64,000 nt of DNA, taken from positions 224,001-288,000 of the forward strand of contig OY969801.1 of NCBI GenBank assembly GCA_963703225.1, read 5' to 3'. Shown piece after piece: positions 40,779 to 50,144 of this stretch. Numbering within the stretch: position 1 is the stretch's first letter; each line of letters begins with the position of its first letter. Made by a program: the position numbers and the translations under genes. The notes beneath the pieces were generated by a model. It had not been told where the DNA came from and did no database searches. It saw only the letters and a program-made list of their open reading frames with translations. Source of the stretch: Candidatus Eiseniibacteriota bacterium. GTDB lineage: Bacteria; Eisenbacteria; RBG-16-71-46; SZUA-252.

Positions 40779-42226
40779 CAGCGCACCTTCCCTTGGAGTA
40801 GGGCGTCGCGGTCTTCGTCCGTGAGAATCCTCGCTTCGATGCTCCCGGCATTCGCCTCGGACTCCGCCGGGGTCGTCCAGACGCTCGAGCCCTCGCGGCG
40901 GGCGGCCGGCAGCGAGACCATGGCGAAGGGACGCTCGCGCAGAACCGCGCGGCCGCCGCGGCTCTTGGCGAGATGGGTGAGGAGGCGATGGCCGTCCAGC
41001 CAGTCGGTGCGCGCGAAGACGAGACGCCCGACCGAAGCGCCGCTCAGCACCCCTTCGATCGCGTCCCCCACGAGCACCTCATCCAGCACGACGACGTCCG
41101 CCCCCAGGCCCACCGTGAGGCGCTCCCAACCACTCGTGCTACCGCTCGCGGTCTGAATGCGGACCCGCGTGGTGCCGGCCGGGTAGGGGGCCGCCGAGCC
41201 CGATTCCAGGACCAGCATCCTCCGCTCGGGACGGGCCGCGAGCGCCGCAATCGACGCGAGCACCGTCGACCCGCCCGAACGAGGAGGACCATGGACGATC
41301 ACGAGCCCCTCGGGCCCTTCCACGAAATCACGAATCTCCGCCTCGCCGATCGGCGAGAGACCGAGCGTCGAGAGATCGGGGGCGTGGGCCGGGACCGGCA
41401 TCAGCCGGAGCACGGTCGTGATGCCGAAATCGGCGCGGCAATGGAACACGCCGACGTGAATGTGGGCTTCTGCCGCCTCGACCGCGATCGAGCCGGAAGC
41501 GGTCGCCGTACCTTCGTCCAGAAGGTCGGGCGCGCCGAGCTGCGCCAGACGCTGGCGAAGATAGGCGGCGGTCTCCGGCCGCTCGACCCCGTGGGGCTCG
41601 AGCCCCTGGTCGGTCCGGTAGAAGACCGAGATACCGGTCGGCGTCGGCACCAGATGGATCTCGGATGCCTTCCGGCTCCGCGCCGCGTGGAGCTGGTAGA
41701 GGAGAAAGCTCGTGCCCGCGCGATCCCAGACGATGTCGGAGCGGCCTGGCTCCGCCGCGGCCGGGCGACTCTCGTCGATCCTCTCGGGTCCGTAGACGGA
41801 ATCGAGGGCCCGGCGTATGGCCGAGGGGCAGCCGATGACGAGCGTGGTGCGCGCGCCGGCCTCCTCGCGCAGCTCGGCGACCGGCTCCGAGTTGGTCGGG
41901 TCGGCCATCGCGATGACGATCCCGTCCTCACTCTTGAACAGGGGTGCGGCTTGGACGCGGCGGAGCAAGGCTTCGGGGAAGCGTTTCATCAGCTCCGCGT
42001 CGAGGGTCTCGGGCTTGACGTCGGCGTACGGAATGCCGAGCTGCTTGGAAAGCGCCCAGGCGATGTTCTCCTCGGTCGTGAAGCCGAGCTCGACCAGCGT
42101 CTCGCCGATCAATCGCCCGGTCTCCACCTGGCGCACCAGGCCCTCATCAACCTGCTCCGGCGTCACGATGCCGCCGTCGACGAGAATCGCGCAGACGGTG
42201 CGTCTCTTCTGGCCGGTCGTGGTCAC
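40778..42226 (-). CDS. MshEN-domain PilB/GspE-like protein with a degenerate ATPase domain
   Basis: N-terminal RRTVCAILVDGGIVTPEQV..GL.RQ..GRLIGETLVELG, IAMADP, ASEIHL; Walker A reads GPPRSGGST (no Lys); no EDPVE or TLH motifs; TGATG coupling to pilT. Confidence 0.82.
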   Translation of the reverse strand: MTTTGQKRRTVCAILVDGGIVTPEQVDEGLVRQVETGRLIGETLVELGFTTEENIAWALSKQLGIPYADVKPETLDAELMKRFPEALLRRVQAAPLFKSEDGIVIAMADPTNSEPVAELREEAGARTTLVIGCPSAIRRALDSVYGPERIDESRPAAAEPGRSDIVWDRAGTSFLLYQLHAARSRKASEIHLVPTPTGISVFYRTDQGLEPHGVERPETAAYLRQRLAQLGAPDLLDEGTATASGSIAVEAAEAHIHVGVFHCRADFGITTVLRLMPVPAHAPDLSTLGLSPIGEAEIRDFVEGPEGLVIVHGPPRSGGSTVLASIAALAARPERRMLVLESGSAAPYPAGTTRVRIQTASGSTSGWERLTVGLGADVVVLDEVLVGDAIEGVLSGASVGRLVFARTDWLDGHRLLTHLAKSRGGRAVLRERPFAMVSLPAARREGSSVWTTPAESEANAGSIEARILTDEDRDALLQGKVR

Positions 42227-42277
42227 GTCATCCCTTCCATTGGGGTGGAGTTATGGCTGCCGGGCCAAACCTGAGTC

Positions 42278-42292
42278 GCAAGGCATGTGCCA
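42278..42292 (-). promoter_or_regulatory. Sigma54 (-24/-12) promoter
   Basis: Minus strand TGGCACATGCCTTGC = TGGCAC-N5-TTGC, ~50 nt upstream of GTG 42226. Confidence 0.75.
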
Positions 42293-42456
42293 CCCGGCGG
42301 GGCTCCCAAGGGCTTTCCCGAAGCCGTGGGGCGGGGCCGGAGGACGGGGCCCAGCTGGCTCGGAACGGACTGAAAAAAGGCGCGTTAAGATCGATGGGCA
42401 GGGAGGCGATGATGGACTTTGCGGGCGACTCGTTTCGTGGCGGGCCGGCGCAATGC

Positions 42457-42485
42457 TTGCCCCGAGGGTGGTAAGCGGTTAGATT
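42457..42485 (+). promoter_or_regulatory. Putative sigma70 promoter for top6B-top6A
   Basis: TTGCCC-N17-TAGATT. Confidence 0.5.
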
Positions 42486-42532
42486 CTGCGCGATTTAGAC
42501 TCCGAGAACACGAACTCACAAACGGGGAGCCC

Positions 42533-44242
42533 ATGGCGCATGCGCAGCTAAGACGAGTACCTCGCAAGTCGCCCGCGGTGGCGCGCCCGAAGAAGGGAGC
42601 CGCCAAGAAGCCCGCGCTTCGGGAAGCAGCCCTGCCCCCGCCCGTCGGGACCCTGCCGCCGCCGGTCAAGGGTTCCGCCAAGAAGATCGTCCGGCTCACG
42701 GCGGCCGATCTCGCGGAGAAGCAGCGCGAGATTTCGGTCAGCGAATTCTTCACCAAGAACCGCCATCTACTCGGCTTCGACAGCCCGGCGAAGGCGCTCC
42801 TCACCACCGTCAAGGAGGCCGTCGACAACGCGCTCGACGCATGCGAGGAGGCAGGCATCCTCCCCGATCTCGTGATCGAGATTCAGGAGATCTCTGAAAC
42901 TCGCTTCCGCGTGGCGGTTCAGGACAACGGTCCGGGGATCGTGAAGGCGCAGATCCCCAAGATCTTTGGGCAGCTTCTCTATGGCTCCAAATTCCACCGC
43001 CTCCGCCAGTCGCGGGGCCAGCAGGGGATTGGAATCTCGGCCGCCGGAATGTACGGCCAGCTCACAACCGGCAAGCCGATTACCGTCGTCTCGCGCGTCG
43101 CGGCCAAGAAGCCGGCGCACAAGTTCGACATCCAGATCGATACGCGACGGAACGCGCCCGTGGTGGTCTCGGACGAAGAGGTGTCGTGGACTCCCGATCA
43201 CGGGACCCGGGTCGAAATCGAGATCGAGGCGACCTACAAGAAGGGGCGGCACTCGGTGGATGGCTACGTCGAGCAGACCGCCATGGCCAACCCGCACGCG
43301 AGGATGACCTACGTTTCGCCGTCGGGCGAGCGTCTCGAGCTGGACCGGGTCGCGCCCGAGCTGCCCAAGCCTCCGCTCGAGATCAAGCCCCACCCCCACG
43401 GCGTGGAGCTGGGAATCTTGTTGAAGATGCTTCACGACACCAAGGCGAGGAACCTTCGCGGATTCTTGAGCAGCGAATTCTCGCGGGTGAGCCCGGCGGT
43501 GGCCGAGGAAATCGCCAAGTCGGCCTCGCTGTCTCCGGGAATGACGCCCCAGAAGGCGGCGCGGGAGCAGGCGGAGGCCCTCTACAACGCGATCCAGGCG
43601 ACCAAGCTGATGGCGCCTCCCTCGAACGTCCTCTCCCCGATCGGGGAGGAGCTTCTCCTCGGCGCGCTGAAGAAGCAGGTCGACGCGCGGTTTTACGCCG
43701 CGACGACGCGCTCGCCATCGGTCTACCGCGGCAACCCGTTTCTGGTGGAGGCGGCCCTCGCCTACGGCGCGGAAAGCCTGCCGGCGGATGAGCTGGTCAC
43801 CCTTCTGAGATTTGCCAACCGCGTCCCGCTTCTCTACCAGCAGTCGGCGTGTGCGGTCACCAAGTCCACGGTCCAGACGAACTGGAAGGCCTACGGCATC
43901 CAGCAGTCGCGGGGCGCACTTCCCGTGGGGCCGATGATCCTCATGGTTCACATCGCGTCGGTGTGGGTTCCGTTCACCTCGGAATCCAAGGAGGCGCTGG
44001 CGTCCTACCCGGAGATCATGAAGGAGATCCGGCTCGCGCTGCAGGACGTGGGCCGCAAGCTGGGCATCTACATCCGGCGCGGCATGAGAGAGGCGGACGC
44101 GGAGAAGAAACGCTCCTACATCGAGAAATACATCCCGCACATCGGGATCGCGCTGCAGGAGATCCTCGGGATCGACGACAAGCGGAAAGAGAAGGTCTGC
44201 GCGACCTTGAAGGACACCCTGGAGCGGAGCCGCCAGCCATGA
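42533..44242 (+). CDS. top6B: DNA topoisomerase VI subunit B
   Basis: [68 protein letters not shown] 42533 after GGGAG. Confidence 0.95.
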   Translation: MAHAQLRRVPRKSPAVARPKKGAAKKPALREAALPPPVGTLPPPVKGSAKKIVRLTAADLAEKQREISVSEFFTKNRHLLGFDSPAKALLTTVKEAVDNALDACEEAGILPDLVIEIQEISETRFRVAVQDNGPGIVKAQIPKIFGQLLYGSKFHRLRQSRGQQGIGISAAGMYGQLTTGKPITVVSRVAAKKPAHKFDIQIDTRRNAPVVVSDEEVSWTPDHGTRVEIEIEATYKKGRHSVDGYVEQTAMANPHARMTYVSPSGERLELDRVAPELPKPPLEIKPHPHGVELGILLKMLHDTKARNLRGFLSSEFSRVSPAVAEEIAKSASLSPGMTPQKAAREQAEALYNAIQATKLMAPPSNVLSPIGEELLLGALKKQVDARFYAATTRSPSVYRGNPFLVEAALAYGAESLPADELVTLLRFANRVPLLYQQSACAVTKSTVQTNWKAYGIQQSRGALPVGPMILMVHIASVWVPFTSESKEALASYPEIMKEIRLALQDVGRKLGIYIRRGMREADAEKKRSYIEKYIPHIGIALQEILGIDDKRKEKVCATLKDTLERSRQP

Positions 44243-45327
44243 GCGAGAAGGGCGTCGTCCCCAAGATCAAGAAGGAAGCCAAGGGAGTGGAGGAGCAGAT
44301 CCTCAAGCGGAAGAAGCCTACGCTCTACTTCCCGGTCCGCTCCCTCGCCAACGTGCGATATCTCGAGAAGGAAGGCTACTTCGAGATCCGCGGCAAGAAG
44401 AAGGAGCGCACGCTGACAGTGAACACGGTCAAGACGTTCGCACAGACCCTCAAGATGATGGCGCTCTCCAAGACCCTGGTGGAAACGGACGACATCGCCA
44501 CCAAGCGGGAGGCCTACTACGTCTCCAAGAACTGGGGCGACGCCCGCTTCCTGGAGCAGGAGGAGTCCGACACGGTCATGGACGACGTGGAGGCCCTGTT
44601 CGAGGTGAACCGCGAGCAGATGGGCTTCGTCCCCGAGGAGAAAGGGGGCGACGTGGCCGGGACGTTGATCGTCATCGACAAGGACCCCAACACGGGAAAG
44701 ACGATCCAGATCGATTGCACCAAGTTCGGAAGCGGCGCCTATTCCATCCCCATCTCGGTCGAGCATCTGCAATTCGAGACGAAGGCGAAGTTCATCCTCG
44801 TCATCGAGACCGCGGGAATGTTCCAGCGGCTGGTCAAGCACGGCTACTGGAGGAGCGCGAACTGCATCCTGGTATCGATGGGGGGCGTGCCGACGCGCGC
44901 TTGCCGCCGGTTCATCCGGCGGCTCGCCGATACCAAGAAGATCCCGGTCTACGTCTTCGTCGACGGGGACCCGTACGGGATCAGCAACATCTACCGCACG
45001 TTCAAGGTGGGGTCGGGGAACGCGGCGCACATCAACGAGTTCTTCTGCGTGCCGCAGGCGCGGTTTCTCGGCATCACGCCCCAGGACATCATCGACTACA
45101 AGCTGCCGACCCATCCTCTGAAGGAAGTCGACGTGAAACGGGCGAAGGACGCGATCAAGAACGACCCATTCTTCCAGCACCACAAGCCCTGGGCCAAGGC
45201 GATGGAGCAGCTCGTCACGATGGGGGTCCGCGCGGAGCAGCAGGCGCTGGCGGCGCACGGGCTCAACTACGTGATGGACACCTACCTACCGCAGAAGATC
45301 GCGCACCCGGATCGTTTCCTGCCGTAG
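44239..45327 (+). CDS. top6A: DNA topoisomerase VI subunit A (Spo11 family)
   Basis: TKREAYY (catalytic Tyr), Q.ESD, TOPRIM VIETAG and DGDPYG, AEQQAL; ATGA overlap with top6B. Confidence 0.95.
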   Translation: MSEKGVVPKIKKEAKGVEEQILKRKKPTLYFPVRSLANVRYLEKEGYFEIRGKKKERTLTVNTVKTFAQTLKMMALSKTLVETDDIATKREAYYVSKNWGDARFLEQEESDTVMDDVEALFEVNREQMGFVPEEKGGDVAGTLIVIDKDPNTGKTIQIDCTKFGSGAYSIPISVEHLQFETKAKFILVIETAGMFQRLVKHGYWRSANCILVSMGGVPTRACRRFIRRLADTKKIPVYVFVDGDPYGISNIYRTFKVGSGNAAHINEFFCVPQARFLGITPQDIIDYKLPTHPLKEVDVKRAKDAIKNDPFFQHHKPWAKAMEQLVTMGVRAEQQALAAHGLNYVMDTYLPQKIAHPDRFLP

Positions 45328-45366
45328 CGGGCTAAGCCTTCGAGCGCGGCGCTCAGGGCTCAGCGC

Positions 45367-45753
45367 TCAGCCGCCGGCGGACGAATCTCCGTCCTGCACA
45401 TCGATCCAGATGGAGACGCTGGCGCCGTCTTCTTCAAACTTGAGCTTTTCCCCGCGCGGCAGCCGCTGAAGCTGCTTCCAGATCCCCTTCAGCTCGAGCT
45501 CATGGCCGTGGTCGAGCCCCACCGACCCCTTGATCCCGAGGGCGTACATCGCATCGAGCGGACCCTTGGGCATCGTCGCCGCGAAGGTGGCCATGTCCCT
45601 TCCCGGCTCCCACACCTCGACCCGGACGACCGCTTTCTTCCCGTACCACCATGGGGTCGGCGAGGGGACATCCAGGCGGATCGTCCAGACGATGCCGATC
45701 GCGAGGCAAACGAGCGCCCCCACGGCGATCGCACGCCAGAATTTCTTGCCCAT
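45367..45753 (-). CDS. Hypothetical membrane-anchored protein
   Basis: 128 aa, GAGGAG RBS, N-terminal TM helix. Confidence 0.75.
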   Translation of the reverse strand: MGKKFWRAIAVGALVCLAIGIVWTIRLDVPSPTPWWYGKKAVVRVEVWEPGRDMATFAATMPKGPLDAMYALGIKGSVGLDHGHELELKGIWKQLQRLPRGEKLKFEEDGASVSIWIDVQDGDSSAGG

Positions 45754-45887
45754 GGTGGCTCCTCTGCTGGGGAAGCGTCAGGCGCGCGAAATCACGGCCT
45801 GCTTCGACTCATACGCGTCCTGGAGCCCCGCGGTTTCGGAAATTGCCGCGGGCCGCTCAGCGGATCCGGGCCAGTGGCCCGATGTGC

Positions 45888-48374
45888 TCAGCGGATCCGG
45901 ACGAGCTTCCGCGCCTGGTGCACGCTGCCGCTCCGGAAATCGCAGTAGTAGATCCCCGAGGCGGCCGCCACACCGCGTTGATCCTTGCCGTCCCAGTCCA
46001 CCGAATGCCGTCCCGCAGGGTACACGGCATCGACCAGCGTCCGGACCAGGGCCCCGCGAGCCGAGAAGACCCGAAGCGTCGCGTGCCCCGGCTGGAGCAG
46101 CTCGAAGTACATCGTCGTCAGCCCGCTTGACGGGTTGGGAGCGTTCACCCGAAACGCCGTTCGAAGCTCGGGCTGGATCAGGAAGAAGCCGTTGGAGAAG
46201 GCCCGGACGTCGCCCATCGCCGCGTTGTAGGCGACGCATCGGATCCGGGCGTGATAGGTCATCGAGGATGGGTCGGCCGGGTAGGTGAGCCATCGGGTCT
46301 CGTTGGGACCCATCGCGGGAAAGGCGCCGAGGCGCTTGGTGTAGGTCAGTCCGCTGTCTTTCGAGAGCATCACGACGACCGAGTCGGCGACGCCACCGTC
46401 GACGTGGACCTCCACCGAGTCCGTGTCCCCGAACACCGCGACGTGCCCGGCCGCCGGGCGCGACACCGAAACCGCGAGCGACGGGCCGAGGGTGGCCGCG
46501 ACGTCGAGCTTGCCCGCGCCCCACGACGGGTTCGGCACCGCGCCGGTCTGACCGTCCGCACGCGCCCAGGCCCTTAGCTGCGATCGGATCTGGGACGGCG
46601 TGGCGAGGGCGTTGGCCCGATGGCCCAGCAGCAATGCAGCCGCTCCGGTCACCTGAGGCGTCGACATGCTCGTCCCGGCCAGGATCGCGTGGGATCCGTC
46701 GGGGGTGACCTCGGCGTTCGAGAAGAACGCGGCGCGCGAGCGCGCCGACACGATCCCAAACCCGGGCGCGGTCAGATCGGGCTTTAGTACTCCGTCGCGC
46801 CTCGGACCCTGGCTCGAGAACCGGGCGACGGTGCCGATCGGGGGCGCGGGCGTAAAGCAGCGGAAGAATCCGTCGAACGCGTTCCAGCAGACTTTGGTCA
46901 CGTGGGCGCCGACCGCGATCACCGAGTCGGCGTCCCCCGGCGCGCTCACCACACCTCCAAAGACCAGGCCCTGGGTCCACCCCGCCAGGGAAAGGCCGTC
47001 CCCCAGCTGGCTCGTCTCGATGTAGGCGTCGACGCGTCCGGGTCCGCCGATGACGAGCGGCGAGTATTGAAAGTGCCACGCCCCGGTCGCGGGCGGCGGG
47101 GCGCCCGGCGCGTCGAAGACCTGCAGGTAGATCTCGCGGTCCCCGTTCGTGGTCGGGAAGGCGGCGTTGTAGAAATCGACGTAGCCGTCGGGGGTCAGGC
47201 GCCCCGTGAGGCTGTCTCCCGGCGCCACGGGTCCGAGCACGACCCCGCTCGGCGTCGTCAAGGTGACCGCGATCTGATCCGTCGGCTCATACCATCCGGA
47301 CACGATGAAGAAGTCATCTTCGGTTCCTGGCCCCGGCGCATAGGGCGGGACGAGCATCGTCATGTTCTGGCTCGTGGGTGGAACGAGGGTGACCTGTGCG
47401 TGGAGGTTGTCCGCTCCCTCGTTGCCTGCGGCGGCGACCACGATCCGTCCCGGGCCGGTCAGCTGGTTGATCATCTGATCCATGAGCAGGGTTCCGTCGT
47501 GCGGTCCCTCCTGCGTGCCGAGGCTCAGGTTGACGACCGCGGGCTGCCCGCGCTGCGCCGCCACCTGGAAGATGTAGTTGATCCCGTCGACGATTCCGGA
47601 GGTGGTGAGGTCGGTCTTCACGGCGCAGAGATCGGCCTCGGGAGCCATGCCCACGTAGGTATACTGCGGCTGCCCATGACCCGCGGCGCTCCCGTCGCCG
47701 GCGGCGATGCCCAGCACGTGGGTTCCGTGTCCGAAGTCGTCGATCTCGTTCGCGTCGCCGGCATTGATCTGGCCCGGTGTCCACTCCACGCCGTACGAGA
47801 ATCCGGCCGGGTGCGCTCCGTCCACGTTCTGGTCCCAGAGGGAGACGAGCCGGGTGGAGCCGTCGGGCCTTCGAAAGTCGCCGTGGTAGAGATCGACGCC
47901 CGAGTCGACGAGCCCCACCAGCACCCCGGCGCCGGTCTGCCCGGCGAACGCCGGCGGCACGGAGACGCGGACCGACGCCACGTCGGCGTCGACCGCGCTC
48001 TTGTCCAGGTAGTAGCGGCACCGGTTCGCCGGGCGGACGGCGCGGACGCCGGGGAGCGCGCCGAGGAGCGGGACTCGCGAGAGTGGAACGCGGGCCGTCG
48101 CGCCGGCCTCCGTCCAGGTGTTCACCTCGATGCCGAGCGATTGGAGGAGCGACCGCGACAACGTTCCTTCGAGGAGGAAGCTCGCGACCGGCTCGGCGCC
48201 GGGCCGGAGCGTGAGGTTCCGGGCGCGCAGAGTCTCAACGCGCGCCGGGCGTTTCAAGGCCGGGTTGGCCGCCGGGGCGTCGGATGCCGCCCCGGGTCGA
48301 GAAAGGGACACGCCGGCGATGAGGAGCGTGCCGACGGCTAGGATGCGGCGCGTCATGTTTCGGCCGAGCGTCAT
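45888..48374 (-). CDS. S8 subtilisin-like serine peptidase with FlgD-Ig C-terminal domain
   Basis: VDSG, GHGTHV and GTSMS triad; C-terminal WDGKDQRGVAAASGIYY...ARKLVRIR; ATGA overlap with the permease stop. Confidence 0.92.
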   Translation of the reverse strand: MTLGRNMTRRILAVGTLLIAGVSLSRPGAASDAPAANPALKRPARVETLRARNLTLRPGAEPVASFLLEGTLSRSLLQSLGIEVNTWTEAGATARVPLSRVPLLGALPGVRAVRPANRCRYYLDKSAVDADVASVRVSVPPAFAGQTGAGVLVGLVDSGVDLYHGDFRRPDGSTRLVSLWDQNVDGAHPAGFSYGVEWTPGQINAGDANEIDDFGHGTHVLGIAAGDGSAAGHGQPQYTYVGMAPEADLCAVKTDLTTSGIVDGINYIFQVAAQRGQPAVVNLSLGTQEGPHDGTLLMDQMINQLTGPGRIVVAAAGNEGADNLHAQVTLVPPTSQNMTMLVPPYAPGPGTEDDFFIVSGWYEPTDQIAVTLTTPSGVVLGPVAPGDSLTGRLTPDGYVDFYNAAFPTTNGDREIYLQVFDAPGAPPPATGAWHFQYSPLVIGGPGRVDAYIETSQLGDGLSLAGWTQGLVFGGVVSAPGDADSVIAVGAHVTKVCWNAFDGFFRCFTPAPPIGTVARFSSQGPRRDGVLKPDLTAPGFGIVSARSRAAFFSNAEVTPDGSHAILAGTSMSTPQVTGAAALLLGHRANALATPSQIRSQLRAWARADGQTGAVPNPSWGAGKLDVAATLGPSLAVSVSRPAAGHVAVFGDTDSVEVHVDGGVADSVVVMLSKDSGLTYTKRLGAFPAMGPNETRWLTYPADPSSMTYHARIRCVAYNAAMGDVRAFSNGFFLIQPELRTAFRVNAPNPSSGLTTMYFELLQPGHATLRVFSARGALVRTLVDAVYPAGRHSVDWDGKDQRGVAAASGIYYCDFRSGSVHQARKLVRIR

Positions 48375-49219
48375 TGCACCCTCGATTTCGGCCGGCCGGC
48401 CCGGAACACTCCGACGACCGCGCCCATCACGACGAGGAGACCGGTGAGCGTGACGAGAATGCTGGGTGCCGCGGGGAGATCGAACTTCACCGATCCGACC
48501 AGGCCGAGGACGCTCGCGACGAATCCAAAGATCCAGCCGACCGCCAGAGCCGCGCCCGGCTTGGGCGTGGCAAGGAGTCCCGCCACGGCCGGGATCACGA
48601 GGAACCCGAACACAAGCAGGACTCCCGCCATCTGGACCGAGGACGTGACGACGAAGCCGAACGTCGCGTAGAAGAGGAGGTCCCACAGAAAGAGGCGCCG
48701 CCCCCGGGCCTCGGCGCCCTGCGGGTCATTGGTAATTTCGAAGAACGGTTTTCGCAGCGCCACGTGAACCGCGCCGATCACCGCGTAGAGGATCGCCACC
48801 CGCAGGACGTGCTTGGGATCCACGGTGAAGAGCGAGCCGACCAGGGTCTCCTTCAGATGCTCGGGACCCGCCGGGCTCTTTTCGAGAACCAGAAAGACCA
48901 AGGCCTGGGCGGTGGCGAAGACGATGCCGATGAACGCCTCGAGCGGAACGTTGCGCGACCGTCCACGGAGCCAGGCGAACACGGCGGCCCCGACGAAGGT
49001 CATCCCGAGCGCGAGGAAATACGAAGCCATCTCGTGGTGTTCCAGCCGGAGCACGACCGCAAGAGCTACGCCTAAGGCGGCCATTTGAGCGAGCGCGAGG
49101 TCCACGAAGAGGACCCCGCGCCGCACGATGTGGAATCCCAAGTACGCGTGGATGCCCGCGAGCACAAGGCTGACGATGACCGCGGTTCGGAAAAAGGGTA
49201 GGGCGAACGCTTCCGTCAT
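48371..49219 (-). CDS. Metal ABC transporter permease (ZnuB/MntB type)
   Basis: HAYLGFHIVRRGVLFVDLALAQ and GVLLVFGFLVIPA. Confidence 0.9.
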   Translation of the reverse strand: MTEAFALPFFRTAVIVSLVLAGIHAYLGFHIVRRGVLFVDLALAQMAALGVALAVVLRLEHHEMASYFLALGMTFVGAAVFAWLRGRSRNVPLEAFIGIVFATAQALVFLVLEKSPAGPEHLKETLVGSLFTVDPKHVLRVAILYAVIGAVHVALRKPFFEITNDPQGAEARGRRLFLWDLLFYATFGFVVTSSVQMAGVLLVFGFLVIPAVAGLLATPKPGAALAVGWIFGFVASVLGLVGSVKFDLPAAPSILVTLTGLLVVMGAVVGVFRAGRPKSRVQ

Positions 49220-49229
49220 ATGCCTCCGG

Positions 49230-50132
49230 TCACTGTGCCTGCCCCGCGCCCGCCGTGGCGAGCGCGCTCATCACGTCGTGGAAGTGCGCCAAGTAGCTTC
49301 CCGCCGTCGGCGCGTCGCACGAGGGTGACATGACCACGACTCGCATTCCAGCTTCGCGGCTAAGGAACCGCCCGGCGTCGTCGGAGAAATAGGGTTCCTG
49401 CAAGAACAACGAGACTTTCCGCGCCTTGGCGATATTGACCAGATCGGCCAGGTGCTTGGCCGTCGGCGGAATTCCGGGTACCGGCTCCGCCTCGCCGGGG
49501 ATGTCGATTCCGAACGCATCGCCGAAGTAGGTCCAGGAGCGGTGGTAGGTGAACATCACCTTCGAGGGAAGCTTACCCGCGGCGGCCTTCTCCTGGGTCC
49601 ACGTATCCTCGGCCGATTTCGCGAACGCCTCGGCCCGGGCGTGATAGTCATCGGCGTGAGCCGGGTCGACCTTGGCCAGCGCGTCGGCGATGGTCCGGGC
49701 GACGATCGCGCCGTTTCGGGGGTCGAGCCAGTAGTGGGGATTGCCATTGGGGTGGACGTCGCCCATGGAGGCGTTGACCAACCCTGTCGGCTTTTCGAGG
49801 ACAACGACTCCCGGCGAGCAGTCGACAAGCTCCAGGTGCTCATTCCGCGAGCCGTCGACGATCCCGTCGGCCCACTGGTCCAGCCCGAGGCCGACCTTCA
49901 GGTAGATTTGGGCGTGAGAGACCTTGACCATGTACGAAGGCAGAACTTCGACATGGTGCACGTCGGCGCTAGGGCGGGCGATGGCGAACGCCTCGACCTC
50001 GTCTCCTCCGACGCTGCTCGCGATCGACGCGATGTCGTTGATGGAAGCGGCGACGCGAACCTTGGCGTGAGCCGCCCCCGGCAGCATCAGCACTCCGAGG
50101 AGCGCGATGGAAAACAGGCTACGAAGACGCAT
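49230..50132 (-). CDS. Zn/Mn ABC solute-binding protein (cluster A-I)
   Basis: Signal peptide; DVHHVE, GDVHPNGNPHYWLDP, YHRSW and GIPPT motifs. Confidence 0.92.
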   Translation of the reverse strand: MRLRSLFSIALLGVLMLPGAAHAKVRVAASINDIASIASSVGGDEVEAFAIARPSADVHHVEVLPSYMVKVSHAQIYLKVGLGLDQWADGIVDGSRNEHLELVDCSPGVVVLEKPTGLVNASMGDVHPNGNPHYWLDPRNGAIVARTIADALAKVDPAHADDYHARAEAFAKSAEDTWTQEKAAAGKLPSKVMFTYHRSWTYFGDAFGIDIPGEAEPVPGIPPTAKHLADLVNIAKARKVSLFLQEPYFSDDAGRFLSREAGMRVVVMSPSCDAPTAGSYLAHFHDVMSALATAGAGQAQ

Positions 50133-50144
50133 GGGATCCTCCCA

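Noticed and set aside
42446..42460. Second sigma54-like site CGGCGCAATGCTTGC facing top6B
   Set aside because: Weaker match than the minus-strand site, and it overlaps a well-spaced sigma70 -35/-10 pair
43849..44238. 130-aa N-terminal extension of Top6A in the ORF track
   Set aside because: Lies wholly inside top6B in another frame; ATG 44239 with ATGA coupling is the credible start
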